Origin: Bacillota bacterium
GTDB taxonomy: Bacteria; Bacillota_I; Bacilli_A; RF39; UBA660
DNA length: 64,000 nucleotides
Assembly (NCBI GenBank): GCA_015059365.1
Contig: SVAO01000002.1
Span: forward strand, 5,621-69,620
Direction: 5' to 3'
The translations under genes and the position numbers were made by a program. The notes beneath the pieces were generated by a model. It did not search any database. It saw nothing but the letters and a program-made list of their open reading frames with translations, and had not been told where the DNA came from. How positions within the stretch are numbered: position 1 is the first letter of the stretch; the number at the start of each line of letters is the position of its first letter. Positions 21,052 to 29,882 of the stretch are shown here, one piece after another.

Positions 21052-21937
21052 AATATTTTTTAGAAACATAAGAGATTCATTCAAAAGTGTATTTAGAAAT
21101 TTTTCTTTATCTATAGCTTCTATTTCATGTATTACAATTACACTTATAGTTGTTTCAATTGCGATTATTCTTTCTGATAATGTTAATAATTTTGCTAGTT
21201 TAGTTGAAAAGGATGTTACTATAGTTGCTTTTATTGATAATACAGCAACAAAACAAGATTTAAATATTTTAGAAAACAAAATAAATGCTTTAGACAATAT
21301 TGCTACAGTAGAATTTGAATCTAAAATGGATATCATGAAAGATATGATGGAATCATCTGAAGTTCTTGACAATATTATGTCTGGGTGGACAGAAGAAGAT
21401 ACACCAATTCAGGATACATTTTTAGTTAAAGTGGAGGATATTGAACATATTGGTGATACTGCTAAAGAAATAAAAGATATGGAATTAGTTGCCTCTGTAA
21501 AATACGGAGAAGGTATGGTTGAACAATTAATATCTGTCTTTGACATAGTAAGAAAAATTAGTGTTATTATTGTGGCTGCTTTAATAGTTGTTACCGCATT
21601 TCTTATTTCAAACACTATCAAAATTACAATATTTTCAAGAAAACGTGAAATATCAATTATGCGTTTAGTTGGAGCTTCTAATTTAAATATAAAAATCCCA
21701 TTTATTTTCGAAGGATTATTGTTAGGTATTTTGGGTTCAATCATTCCAATTGTTTTAACAACATTTGGTTATGTTGCATTATATAAACACTTTGATGGTC
21801 AATTATTTTCACCATTTATTAGATTAATAACACCAGAACCTTTTGTTTATGCTGTATCAGGAATATTATTATTAATAGGAATGATCGTAGGTATGTTTGG
21901 AAGCTGGAGAGCAGTAAAAAAACATTTAAAAATATAA
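21038..21937 (+). CDS. ftsX: Cell division permease-like protein FtsX
   Basis: Overlaps ftsE; TM1, large extracytoplasmic loop, three C-terminal TMs with RKREISIMRLVGAS motif. Confidence 0.9.
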   Translation: MRMFRIFFRNIRDSFKSVFRNFSLSIASISCITITLIVVSIAIILSDNVNNFASLVEKDVTIVAFIDNTATKQDLNILENKINALDNIATVEFESKMDIMKDMMESSEVLDNIMSGWTEEDTPIQDTFLVKVEDIEHIGDTAKEIKDMELVASVKYGEGMVEQLISVFDIVRKISVIIVAALIVVTAFLISNTIKITIFSRKREISIMRLVGASNLNIKIPFIFEGLLLGILGSIIPIVLTTFGYVALYKHFDGQLFSPFIRLITPEPFVYAVSGILLLIGMIVGMFGSWRAVKKHLKI

Positions 21938-21942
21938 AAAAG

Positions 21943-21966
21943 TACGCACCTTAAAATTGGTGCGTA
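21943..21966. terminator. Bidirectional hairpin terminator shared by ftsX and the convergent 593-aa ORF
   Basis: TACGCACC-ttaaaatt-GGTGCGTA, A-run upstream and T-run downstream. Confidence 0.7.
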
Positions 21967-23732
21967 TTTTTCATATTATTATCAATAATTTTTTGAACAT
22001 ATTGTTCTACAATTTGGCTTATTTGTGTATAATTTATTTCAGTTATCCCTAATTCTTTTTTTATAATTGTTATAGCATCTTCACGGCTTACATTTTTTTG
22101 TAAATTATATCTTACATCATTATCCCTTGTAAACCCAGTATACAGTCCTTGGTTTATTAATCCAAACAAAGCTTGTGTTGTAACATATTTGCCACTTAAA
22201 TTTGAAATTCCTTCTTCAAATTTCATTTCATATTTTTTATAAGTTTCTAGTATTGCTTGTTCTAAATACACTTCGTTTGGATGAATAATTTGAGATGAAG
22301 CGGCCAGTAAAAAATTATTTAAGTCGATATTTCGTTCTGTAAGTATATCAAATACGTCTTTTCTAAATGAAGAATTAACAACTCGTTCGCGGAGATTATT
22401 TTCTTTTGTTAAAAGAGTAGGCTCGCCACTTTTTATAAAACCTTCTAAATTTTCAAGTGCAAAATTTTTACCATATTTATTGGTCATAATTTCTAATATT
22501 TCTATAATAGTCAAAATTACTGATTTTTCTACTGTAGATTTTTTATCTGAATTTGTATCTTTCTCTTGTTTTTTTTGTTGCAACAAGTCTTGTGAATAAT
22601 TAATAAAATTAATATTATTAGATTCTAAAATAGTTATAATATTTTCTCTAAATTTAGAATTTGTAATGTTTTCTCTTAAACCTTTATATCTTGTTATATA
22701 GTTTTCATTGCCAGTGTTAATATATTGATTAATATTATTTAATACTATGTCTAAATCTTGATATTTTTCAATCATTGTATTTATTATAAATAATAGTAAT
22801 TCATTTATTTCATTCTTTGAATCATGTGCACTGCTAGATTTTATAGTTTCAACCTGTGAACATTTTTGCTGATGAATATGTGAATTTCTACATTCTTCAT
22901 AGTGAGATATGTAATCTTGGAATGTAAAATTTTCTTGATTTGTTTTTATAATTAGTTCAAAGACATTTTTATAATTAACTATTTGTTGAGTAGGGATATC
23001 TCCCTGTATTCTGAAGTCTTGTTTTAATTTTTCAAATCCTTCATTACTAGAAAAGGCATAATTATAATAGTTGTTAATATAATTATAAAAATTATCAATA
23101 TTTATTGTATTTAAAGAATTAGTTCGTTTTTTTTCATCAATATATAAAGAAATTAAATGAGCCACTGTTGAATTGTATGATAATCGTCCATCAGAAGCCA
23201 TTGCAATTCCATTTATATTAAATGCGAATGGATTAGGTTGTAATAATCCTTCTTGAATGTATGAATTGTTTGTTACAAAATTAATTAATTTTACAGAGTC
23301 ATTAGGATTTACTAATCTAATAACAATATCATCAAATCGTACGTGAGAGCCAATTTTAGAAACATGTGGGATATTTTCTCTTGCTAAAAACTCAAATATT
23401 TGATTGGCACCATATTGGATGTGATTTGCATCAAGAGGAATATATATTTTTATGTGTTCTGTTGATGTTTTCGCAACATTGTCATGTGATACAAACTGGC
23501 AAAAATATTGCCAGTTTTCAGCAACAAAAACATCACAATTATCAATAGTACTAAAGTGATTAATCCATTCATTAAAATTATGTTTTATTGTTTTATTTTT
23601 TTCTGTTTCTGGAATCCCTAAACTAACTAATTGGTGATAAACCATTTCTTTATTTAACTCGATTTGCGGATTTTGAATTAAAATGTCACGAAAAAATTTT
23701 AAAAAATTATCAATTTTAACTTTATTGTTCAT
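21951..23732 (-). CDS. Hypothetical 593-aa protein: unassigned N-terminal domain plus three degenerate ~75-aa C-terminal repeats
   Basis: Long uninterrupted ORF; start overlaps upstream 67-aa ORF by 11 nt; no catalytic or TM motif recognised; repeats at aa ~308-380, ~401-475, ~487-565. Confidence 0.7.
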   Translation of the reverse strand: MNNKVKIDNFLKFFRDILIQNPQIELNKEMVYHQLVSLGIPETEKNKTIKHNFNEWINHFSTIDNCDVFVAENWQYFCQFVSHDNVAKTSTEHIKIYIPLDANHIQYGANQIFEFLARENIPHVSKIGSHVRFDDIVIRLVNPNDSVKLINFVTNNSYIQEGLLQPNPFAFNINGIAMASDGRLSYNSTVAHLISLYIDEKKRTNSLNTINIDNFYNYINNYYNYAFSSNEGFEKLKQDFRIQGDIPTQQIVNYKNVFELIIKTNQENFTFQDYISHYEECRNSHIHQQKCSQVETIKSSSAHDSKNEINELLLFIINTMIEKYQDLDIVLNNINQYINTGNENYITRYKGLRENITNSKFRENIITILESNNINFINYSQDLLQQKKQEKDTNSDKKSTVEKSVILTIIEILEIMTNKYGKNFALENLEGFIKSGEPTLLTKENNLRERVVNSSFRKDVFDILTERNIDLNNFLLAASSQIIHPNEVYLEQAILETYKKYEMKFEEGISNLSGKYVTTQALFGLINQGLYTGFTRDNDVRYNLQKNVSREDAITIIKKELGITEINYTQISQIVEQYVQKIIDNNMKNTHQF

Positions 23733-23925
23733 TATTTAAATCCTCAAACTTTAATTCTTGTGTATCATCTAAATCAAACAGATTAAGAATTTTAGTATCT
23801 TCTAAATTATTTTCTGTGTTATCTTTTTGATTTTCAGCTCCGTTAAGAATATCTAATTCTAAAAATCCTGGTTCAAGTTCATCTTGTAATTCCACATATT
23901 TTCCATTATACATTACTTTTGTCAT
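23722..23925 (-). CDS. Hypothetical 67-aa highly acidic protein, translationally coupled to the 593-aa ORF
   Basis: GGAGG RBS 6 nt upstream of ATG; 18 Asp/Glu vs 5 Lys by my count; no TM segment. Confidence 0.55.
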   Translation of the reverse strand: MTKVMYNGKYVELQDELEPGFLELDILNGAENQKDNTENNLEDTKILNLFDLDDTQELKFEDLNNEQ

Positions 23926-24033
23926 GATTTACCTCCATATTATAATAAAATTTTATCATATTTATGATTATAAAACAAATATGTCACTGAATAACTTTAC
24001 AATTAATTACATATTATTAATTGGGTGATAAGT

Positions 24034-24819
24034 ATGAAGTTTGATATAGGAGATTTAGTAACTAGGAAATCTTATAACAATGATTTGGTTTTTATTGTAA
24101 CTGATATTATTGATGACATGTATTATTTAAAGGGAAGTAATGTTAGACTATGTGCAGATAGTCCAGAAGAAGATTTGGAGGAATATAAATCTGATAAATT
24201 AGAAAAGGATGAAGAAAAATTTATTGAAAGAGTCAAACCATTAAATGAATTGAATCGTACTGATTACTTTTATCTTCCAGGGAAAATTCTTCATATTGAT
24301 GGAGATAAAGATTATTTGAATAAATGTTTAAAATATTATGATGACGCTAATATTTGGGCTATGGGAATATGTGAAAAAGAAGAAAATGTTTCAATATATA
24401 TAAAAGAGTGGTTGGAAGAATATAGACCCAATATAGTAATAATTACAGGTCACGATGCTTATTATAAAAAATTAGGCAAAAAAGATGATTTAAATTCATA
24501 TAAGAATAGTGCTAAATTTGTGGAAGCGGTTAGAGAGGCACGAAAATATGAACAGAGTCACGATAAATTAATTATCATTGCGGGGGCTTGCCAGTCTGAT
24601 TATGAAGAGTTGATACGAGCTGGTGCCAATTTCGCATCAAGTCCTAAAAGAATAAACATACATGCCCTAGATCCAGCCATAATTGCCACTAGAATGAGTC
24701 TTTCAGATATAAATAAAGATATAGACTTAAAGACAATTTTAGAACAAACTAAATATGGCAGCAATGGCATAGGTGGGATAATCACAAAAGGTACAATGTA
24801 TGTAGGATATCCTAGATAG
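24034..24819 (+). CDS. yabG: Sporulation-specific protease YabG
   Basis: GGGTGA RBS then ATG 24034; MKFDIGDLVTRKSYNNDLVF N-terminus and ITGHDA ... IIAGACQS core typical of YabG (peptidase U57). Confidence 0.85.
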   Translation: MKFDIGDLVTRKSYNNDLVFIVTDIIDDMYYLKGSNVRLCADSPEEDLEEYKSDKLEKDEEKFIERVKPLNELNRTDYFYLPGKILHIDGDKDYLNKCLKYYDDANIWAMGICEKEENVSIYIKEWLEEYRPNIVIITGHDAYYKKLGKKDDLNSYKNSAKFVEAVREARKYEQSHDKLIIIAGACQSDYEELIRAGANFASSPKRINIHALDPAIIATRMSLSDINKDIDLKTILEQTKYGSNGIGGIITKGTMYVGYPR

Positions 24820-24827
24820 GAGGGACT

Positions 24828-25043
24828 ATGACACGTTCTCAAGTAAAAAAACAACTTTATGAGTATATTGGTGAAAGTGTAGTAATTAGATATAATTTAG
24901 GAAGAAATAAATATGAACAGTATAAGGTGAAAATAAAGGAATTATATAACAATATTTTTTTAGTTCAAACGGATACAGATAATCAAATTAAGTCATTTTC
25001 ATATAATGACATAATTACTAAAACTATACGAATAAAATTTTAG
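24828..25043 (+). CDS. veg: Veg protein (biofilm formation stimulator)
   Basis: 71 aa; pattern GESVVIRYNLGRNKYEQYKVKIKELYNNIFLV typical of Veg (DUF1021). Confidence 0.85.
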   Translation: MTRSQVKKQLYEYIGESVVIRYNLGRNKYEQYKVKIKELYNNIFLVQTDTDNQIKSFSYNDIITKTIRIKF

Positions 25044-25052
25044 AAAAAAATA

Positions 25053-25081
25053 TTGCAAAAAAACTCTAAATAATATATACT
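25053..25081 (+). promoter_or_regulatory. Sigma-A-type promoter candidate for spoVG
   Basis: TTGCAA - 17 nt - TATACT, 38 nt upstream of spoVG ATG. Confidence 0.4.
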
Positions 25082-25118
25082 TAGATTGTAAGATGGTAAA
25101 CTGAAGGGAGAGGGTTTC

Positions 25119-25376
25119 ATGAAAATAACATCTATAAATGTAAGAAAGGTAGAGAAAGATGATTCAAATTTAAAAGCTTTCGTAAACATTACGATTGATG
25201 ATGCGTTAGCTGTTAAAGATTTAAGAATTATCGACGGTAATAATGGATTATTTGTTGCGATGCCAAGTCGTAAAAATAAAGATGGGGAATACCGCGATAT
25301 TGTTCATCCAATCAATCAAGAAGTTCGTGATATGATGGAAGAAGAAATTATCAAAGCATATAATGAAGCGGAATAA
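25119..25376 (+). CDS. spoVG: Septation / sporulation regulator SpoVG
   Basis: MKITSINVRKVEKDDSNLKAFVNITIDDALAVKDLRIIDGNNGLFVAMPSRK is near-canonical SpoVG. Confidence 0.95.
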   Translation: MKITSINVRKVEKDDSNLKAFVNITIDDALAVKDLRIIDGNNGLFVAMPSRKNKDGEYRDIVHPINQEVRDMMEEEIIKAYNEAE

Positions 25377-25472
25377 GAGATTTTATATGAACGCTTTTTA
25401 ATATAACATAAGGATATATTATAATAAGAATATATCTTTTTTTCTTGCATATAATGTATCAAGGAGGCACAT

Positions 25473-25760
25473 ATGGACAAGGATTTAATAACAAATTATA
25501 ATCATACAATAACAATTAATGAAAGAAAAAATATTAATATTAGTGGGGTAAAAAAAATAGATAGTTTTGATAATGAAGAATTTTTGCTTGAAACTACAAT
25601 GGGATATATTGTCATCAAAGGTGAAACCCTTGAAATAATAAAATTAGATACATATCAGGGAAATGTTGCTATTAAAGGAAAGATTAATAGTTTAATATAT
25701 ATGGAAAACGTAGGAAAAAAAGAAAAAGAAGAAGGAATATTTAGTAAACTATTTAAATAA
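25473..25760 (+). CDS. yabP: Sporulation protein YabP
   Basis: 95 aa; HTITINERKNINISGVKKIDSFDNEEF and GETLEIIKLD pattern typical of YabP; followed by yabQ as in Bacillus. Confidence 0.85.
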   Translation: MDKDLITNYNHTITINERKNINISGVKKIDSFDNEEFLLETTMGYIVIKGETLEIIKLDTYQGNVAIKGKINSLIYMENVGKKEKEEGIFSKLFK

Positions 25761-26044
25761 TGGATATAAAATTACAAATAGTAACTTTATTAGTATCATT
25801 TTTCTATGGGATATTCTTTTCTTTTTTTCTTAGTTTAAATTATAAATTTATATATAATGATAAAAAAATAGTTAAAATTATTATGAGTTTCTTAATAGTT
25901 ATAATTAGTGTTCTACTGTATTTTATAATTTTAAGAAAGATAAATTATGGCATTTTTCACATTTATGAAATACTTTCTATAATTATGGGTTTTATTATCG
26001 AAAATTGGTTTAGCAGTATTATTGCTAAAAGAGTTAAGAAATGA
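25760..26044 (+). CDS. yabQ: Spore cortex biosynthesis protein YabQ
   Basis: 94-aa multi-TM protein; start overlaps yabP stop (TAATG); position between yabP and divIC. Confidence 0.7.
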   Translation: MDIKLQIVTLLVSFFYGIFFSFFLSLNYKFIYNDKKIVKIIMSFLIVIISVLLYFIILRKINYGIFHIYEILSIIMGFIIENWFSSIIAKRVKK

Positions 26045-26072
26045 TATAATTTAAAAATAGGAGAGTGGTTCA

Positions 26073-26486
26073 ATGGCAAAGATAGTACCAAAAGCATCAA
26101 AAAGACGTTTAGTATTTTTAGGACCAATCGCCTTATTCATAATTATATATTTTTTATTTACAGTGGGAATATATGGTTTTAAGTTATTTTCACTATCACA
26201 AAAGGAAATAGAATTAAAAGAAAAGTTAGTATCATTACAAGCTGAGGAACAGGATTTGAAAATAGAAATTCAAAAATTAAAGGATCCTGATTACTTGGCT
26301 AGATATGCCCGTGAGAATTATCTTTATTCTAAAGATGGAGAATATATTATTAAAATAGAAAAAAATAAAGAAGAAAAAGAAGAAGAAAAAAATTATGATA
26401 AGTATTATGAATATGTTATTTATGGTGCTGGAATTATTTTAGTGTTAGTATTTATATATATACTAATTAGGTCAAGAAAAAAATAA
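26073..26486 (+). CDS. divIC: Septum formation initiator DivIC/FtsB family
   Basis: N-terminal TM followed by coiled coil (KEIELKEKLVSLQAEEQDLKIEIQKLKDPDYLARYAREN). Confidence 0.75.
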   Translation: MAKIVPKASKRRLVFLGPIALFIIIYFLFTVGIYGFKLFSLSQKEIELKEKLVSLQAEEQDLKIEIQKLKDPDYLARYARENYLYSKDGEYIIKIEKNKEEKEEEKNYDKYYEYVIYGAGIILVLVFIYILIRSRKK

Positions 26487-26523
26487 GTTTATAGAATATC
26501 TCACACATATTCTTTTTCTTTCA

Positions 26524-26553
26524 TTGATATTTTTAGCGTGGCTATGATATAAT
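26524..26553 (+). promoter_or_regulatory. Sigma-A-type promoter candidate with extended -10 for femX-like gene
   Basis: TTGATA - 18 nt - TGaTATAAT. Confidence 0.4.
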
Positions 26554-26579
26554 TACAATGGAGAAAGAAAAGTGATAAA

Positions 26580-27821
26580 ATGGACTACGTTTTTAAAACC
26601 AACATTAATAAAAAAGAATATGATAAATTTGTAGCTAATTTTCCATCGACTAATTTTATGCAAACAACTAATTGGGCTAACGTTAAAAATTTTTGGGACA
26701 ATTCATTAGTTGGCATGTATAAAAATGGAAAACTTGTATGTGCAGCATCTATATTAAAAAGAAATGTATTCCTAAATAAAAAATTATTTTATATACCAAG
26801 AGGATTTGTTATAGATTATAATGATGAGGAATTATTAAAACAATTTGTTTGCAAATTAAAAACATATGCAAAGGAAGAAAATGCTATTGACATAAAAATT
26901 GATCCGTTTGTTTGTTTTAATCAAGATAATATTCAAAATATTAAAAACAATAAAAATATAGAAACTAAAAAGAAATTTTGTATTAATACCGATGTTGTTG
27001 TAAAATCTTTAAAAAATCTTGGTTTTAAACATGCTGGTTATAGAAAAGAAATTGATGCTTATACACAACCTAGATATACTATGGTAATTCCATTGAAGGA
27101 TAATAATGATGTATTATATGAAAAAGAAACTTTAAAAAGAAGTTTTCCTAAAAATACTAGAAATTACATTGGTGATTACCAAAAGCAAAGAGGGGTAGAA
27201 TTTAGTTATTCTACTAATATAGATGATGCTAAAAAATTAGCTAGTGTTATACAGTGCACTGAAAAGAGACAAAACGTGACACTTAGAGGAGAGCAATATT
27301 TTAGGTCAATAATGAAAAGTTTTCCTGAACACGCAGTTTTATTCTTTGCTCATGTTGATATAGATAAATACTTGGAATTTCTAAAGCAAGATATGAAGAA
27401 CAATGAAAGTAAAAAAGAATTTTGTGAAAAGCAAATACTAGAAGCTAAAAGAATAAAAGAGCAATATGGAAGTAAACCATTAGCTGGAGCCACAATTGTT
27501 ATTATGCCTACTTGTAAAAAAGGAATTAGAATGGCTTCATTTTTATATGCTGGAAATAATACTGATATATTTCCTAGTTTAAAAATTACAAATGGTTTGG
27601 TGTTTTATAGACTGTGTTATTGTTTAGATAATAATTGTGATTATGCTAATTTAGGTGGAATAGACGGAAGTTTAAACGATCATTTATCAATATTCAAATC
27701 TAAATTTAATCCAGAAGTATTAGAATTAATTGGGGAATATGATTTGGTCATAAGCAAATTTTGGTTCTTCTTGTTTAAAATTTCTGTTAATATAATAAAT
27801 CGCATAAGGTTTAAAAAATAA
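26580..27821 (+). CDS. FemAB-family peptidoglycan interpeptide-bridge aminoacyltransferase
   Basis: 413 aa; N-terminus (FMQTTNWANVK), central coiled-coil insertion and size typical of FemX/FemA/FemB. Confidence 0.8.
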   Translation: MDYVFKTNINKKEYDKFVANFPSTNFMQTTNWANVKNFWDNSLVGMYKNGKLVCAASILKRNVFLNKKLFYIPRGFVIDYNDEELLKQFVCKLKTYAKEENAIDIKIDPFVCFNQDNIQNIKNNKNIETKKKFCINTDVVVKSLKNLGFKHAGYRKEIDAYTQPRYTMVIPLKDNNDVLYEKETLKRSFPKNTRNYIGDYQKQRGVEFSYSTNIDDAKKLASVIQCTEKRQNVTLRGEQYFRSIMKSFPEHAVLFFAHVDIDKYLEFLKQDMKNNESKKEFCEKQILEAKRIKEQYGSKPLAGATIVIMPTCKKGIRMASFLYAGNNTDIFPSLKITNGLVFYRLCYCLDNNCDYANLGGIDGSLNDHLSIFKSKFNPEVLELIGEYDLVISKFWFFLFKISVNIINRIRFKK

Positions 27822-27855
27822 ATTTTATAGAATAAATTTAAAGATTATAAACAAG

Positions 27856-27889
27856 AAATCTTTCCGTTATAAAAGTGGAAAGATTTTTT
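27856..27889 (+). terminator. Rho-independent terminator after femX-like gene
   Basis: AATCTTTCC-11 nt-GGAAAGATT then T-run. Confidence 0.75.
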
Positions 27890-27974
27890 ATGAAACAAAA
27901 AACAAGTAAGATAAATAGACTAAGCTATACTTATTGTGATTGAATATTGTATTTGAAATTTTAAATAATTAAAT

Positions 27975-28000
27975 ACAAAAAAGAAGCAAAACATTGCTTC
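27975..28000 (-). terminator. Rho-independent terminator for gerQ-lemA unit
   Basis: GAAGCAA-aaca-TTGCTTC with A-run on + strand (T-run on minus). Confidence 0.65.
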
Positions 28001-28040
28001 ATATAATATATATAGACATATTTAGCATTATTGCTGCCAC

Positions 28041-28586
28041 TTATAATTTAAAATCATCTGTTACATTATCGCTAGTATTTTTTCCATCATAATATGTTCT
28101 TATTTTATATTTAAACATTTTAGCAATTATATTTGTTGGGAAAGAACGAGCTAGTTTATTATAATCGGTAATAATATCATTATAGTATTTTCTGAAAGCT
28201 TCTATTTCGGCTTCAGATTCATGTAAGGCTACTTCAATTTTAATAAAAGCTTCACATGTTTTTAAATCTTCATAATTTTCTTTATAACTTTCAAACTCAT
28301 TTATTGCATCATAAAGTTGACGATCTAATTCAAAATTTGTTAATTTTCGAGAACGAAGTTTAACAATAATTTCTAAGATGTCACCTTTAATTTTACAATT
28401 TGCTTTAATAATTCCTATTGATTTATTTAATAAATCGAATCTTTTACGTAATGTAGCGTCAATATTTGCTTCAGATTCATTAATTCTAATTATGTAATCT
28501 TGAAAACGATTATATGTACTTATACAACAAATCAATAATAAACAAACAGCTATAAATGATATTAGAGTAAACATAAATATTGTCAT
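28041..28586 (-). CDS. LemA family protein
   Basis: N-terminal TM then YNRFQ ... IDATLRKRFDLL ... FRKYYNDIITDYNKLARSFPTNIIAKMF matching the LemA pattern. Confidence 0.8.
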   Translation of the reverse strand: MTIFMFTLISFIAVCLLLICCISTYNRFQDYIIRINESEANIDATLRKRFDLLNKSIGIIKANCKIKGDILEIIVKLRSRKLTNFELDRQLYDAINEFESYKENYEDLKTCEAFIKIEVALHESEAEIEAFRKYYNDIITDYNKLARSFPTNIIAKMFKYKIRTYYDGKNTSDNVTDDFKL

Positions 28587-28628
28587 ATTATCACCTAATT
28601 ATAATTATAGCAAACCCTTATTTAAAAA

Positions 28629-29000
28629 TCAATTATTTGGATAAAATTCTGGACTATAATTTATTTTTTCATCGAATGAAATATAATCTACATAAATCAT
28701 AAGTAATAATTGCCATTTTCCTGTTGATGGTTCACTTAAAATAATATGGTCTCTTCCTGATTGTTCTATGATACCATTAAATTCTAAATCTCTCCATTCA
28801 GTAGAATCGGGAAAAGTCATGTGAACTCTAACTTTTTTTCCTTTATTTAATCTTAATATATTTTCAATATAAGATTGTTCCATGGGTAATTCATTTTGCC
28901 CCATATAATTTTGGGCTGTTTGTTGGTTAGGGGTTGGTGCATTACCTGAATATATAGGAGTTCCTGGAAATTGTTGCTTATTAAAATAATTGTTATTCAT
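28629..29000 (-). CDS. gerQ: Spore coat protein GerQ
   Basis: Gln/Pro-rich N-terminus then MEQSYIENILRLNKGKKVRVHMTFPDS ... GRDHIILSEP, the GerQ (YwdL) core. Confidence 0.8.
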   Translation of the reverse strand: MNNNYFNKQQFPGTPIYSGNAPTPNQQTAQNYMGQNELPMEQSYIENILRLNKGKKVRVHMTFPDSTEWRDLEFNGIIEQSGRDHIILSEPSTGKWQLLLMIYVDYISFDEKINYSPEFYPNN

Positions 29001-29096
29001 AAAATCATCCTTTCTATAAAAATATATTATATTAACTTATATTTATGACTTTTCAATATTGACAATTGATGTTAAAATAAAAATGGGTGATAAAAA

Positions 29097-29663
29097 ATGA
29101 AGGTAAAAATAGGAGTATCTAATCGTCATGTTCATTTAAGTGAATCTGATTTCAAAAAATTATTTAATAGTGATAAAACTTTGGAAGTAGTAAAAGAACT
29201 TACTCAGCCTGGAGAATTTGCTTCAAATTTAAAAGTTACTTTAAAGACAGGTAAAAGTGTAATTGAAAATGTTAGAGTTTTAGGACCTCTTCGTTCTTAT
29301 ACGCAAGTAGAAATATCTAAAACGGATGCTTATAAATTAGGTTTAAATCCACCAGTACGTGAGTCTGGAGATGTTTTAAATAGCGAAGATATCACTATTA
29401 TTGGTGACAATGAAGTGACAATCCCTTCTTGTTGCATTCTGGCATCAAGACATATTCATGCTACTAATGAGGATATAAAAAAATATAATCTAGATCCTAC
29501 TAAAAAATATAGTGTTAGAGTACTAGGTGAAAAAGGTGGGATATTTGATAATGTTTCTGTAAAGGTAAGCGATAAATACTATTTTGAAATGCATATCGAT
29601 ACAGATGATGCCAATGCACATTTACTAGAAAATGGTTCAGAAGGATTTATTATTAATGAATAA
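29097..29663 (+). CDS. pduL: Phosphate acyltransferase PduL (phosphate propanoyl/acetyltransferase)
   Basis: IGVSNRHVHLS and ASRHIHA duplicated-motif architecture diagnostic of PduL. Confidence 0.9.
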   Translation: MKVKIGVSNRHVHLSESDFKKLFNSDKTLEVVKELTQPGEFASNLKVTLKTGKSVIENVRVLGPLRSYTQVEISKTDAYKLGLNPPVRESGDVLNSEDITIIGDNEVTIPSCCILASRHIHATNEDIKKYNLDPTKKYSVRVLGEKGGIFDNVSVKVSDKYYFEMHIDTDDANAHLLENGSEGFIINE

Positions 29664-29874
29664 GATAGGTATTTGTGATAAATGTAAGTCTATTAGTTAT
29701 AAACGATTAATTGAACAAATAAAGAATATTGATAAGGAAGCAGAGTTTATAATTGGTTGTCAAAACATGTGTGGAATAGGTAGAAATAAACCATTTGTAA
29801 TTTTAAATCATAAACCAATTATTGGAGATAATGAGCAAGATTTGATTAACAAAATAAAGGATATGTTGAATTAA
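29656..29874 (+). CDS. Small Cys-motif protein, DUF1450 (YuzB-like)
   Basis: ATG overlaps pduL stop (ATGAATAA); CDKC ... GCQNMCGIG ... FVILNHKPIIGDNEQDLINKI resembles the YuzB pattern; recollection-based. Confidence 0.5.
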   Translation: MNKIGICDKCKSISYKRLIEQIKNIDKEAEFIIGCQNMCGIGRNKPFVILNHKPIIGDNEQDLINKIKDMLN

Positions 29875-29882
29875 CATATCCT

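Noticed and set aside
25420-25472. A sigma-E-type promoter for yabP (GAATATAT ... CATATAAT), and similar CATA-type motifs upstream of spoIVA (about 37330-37360).
   Set aside because: The motifs are present, but in ~70% AT DNA such matches are expected by chance. They are not reported as features without transcript data.
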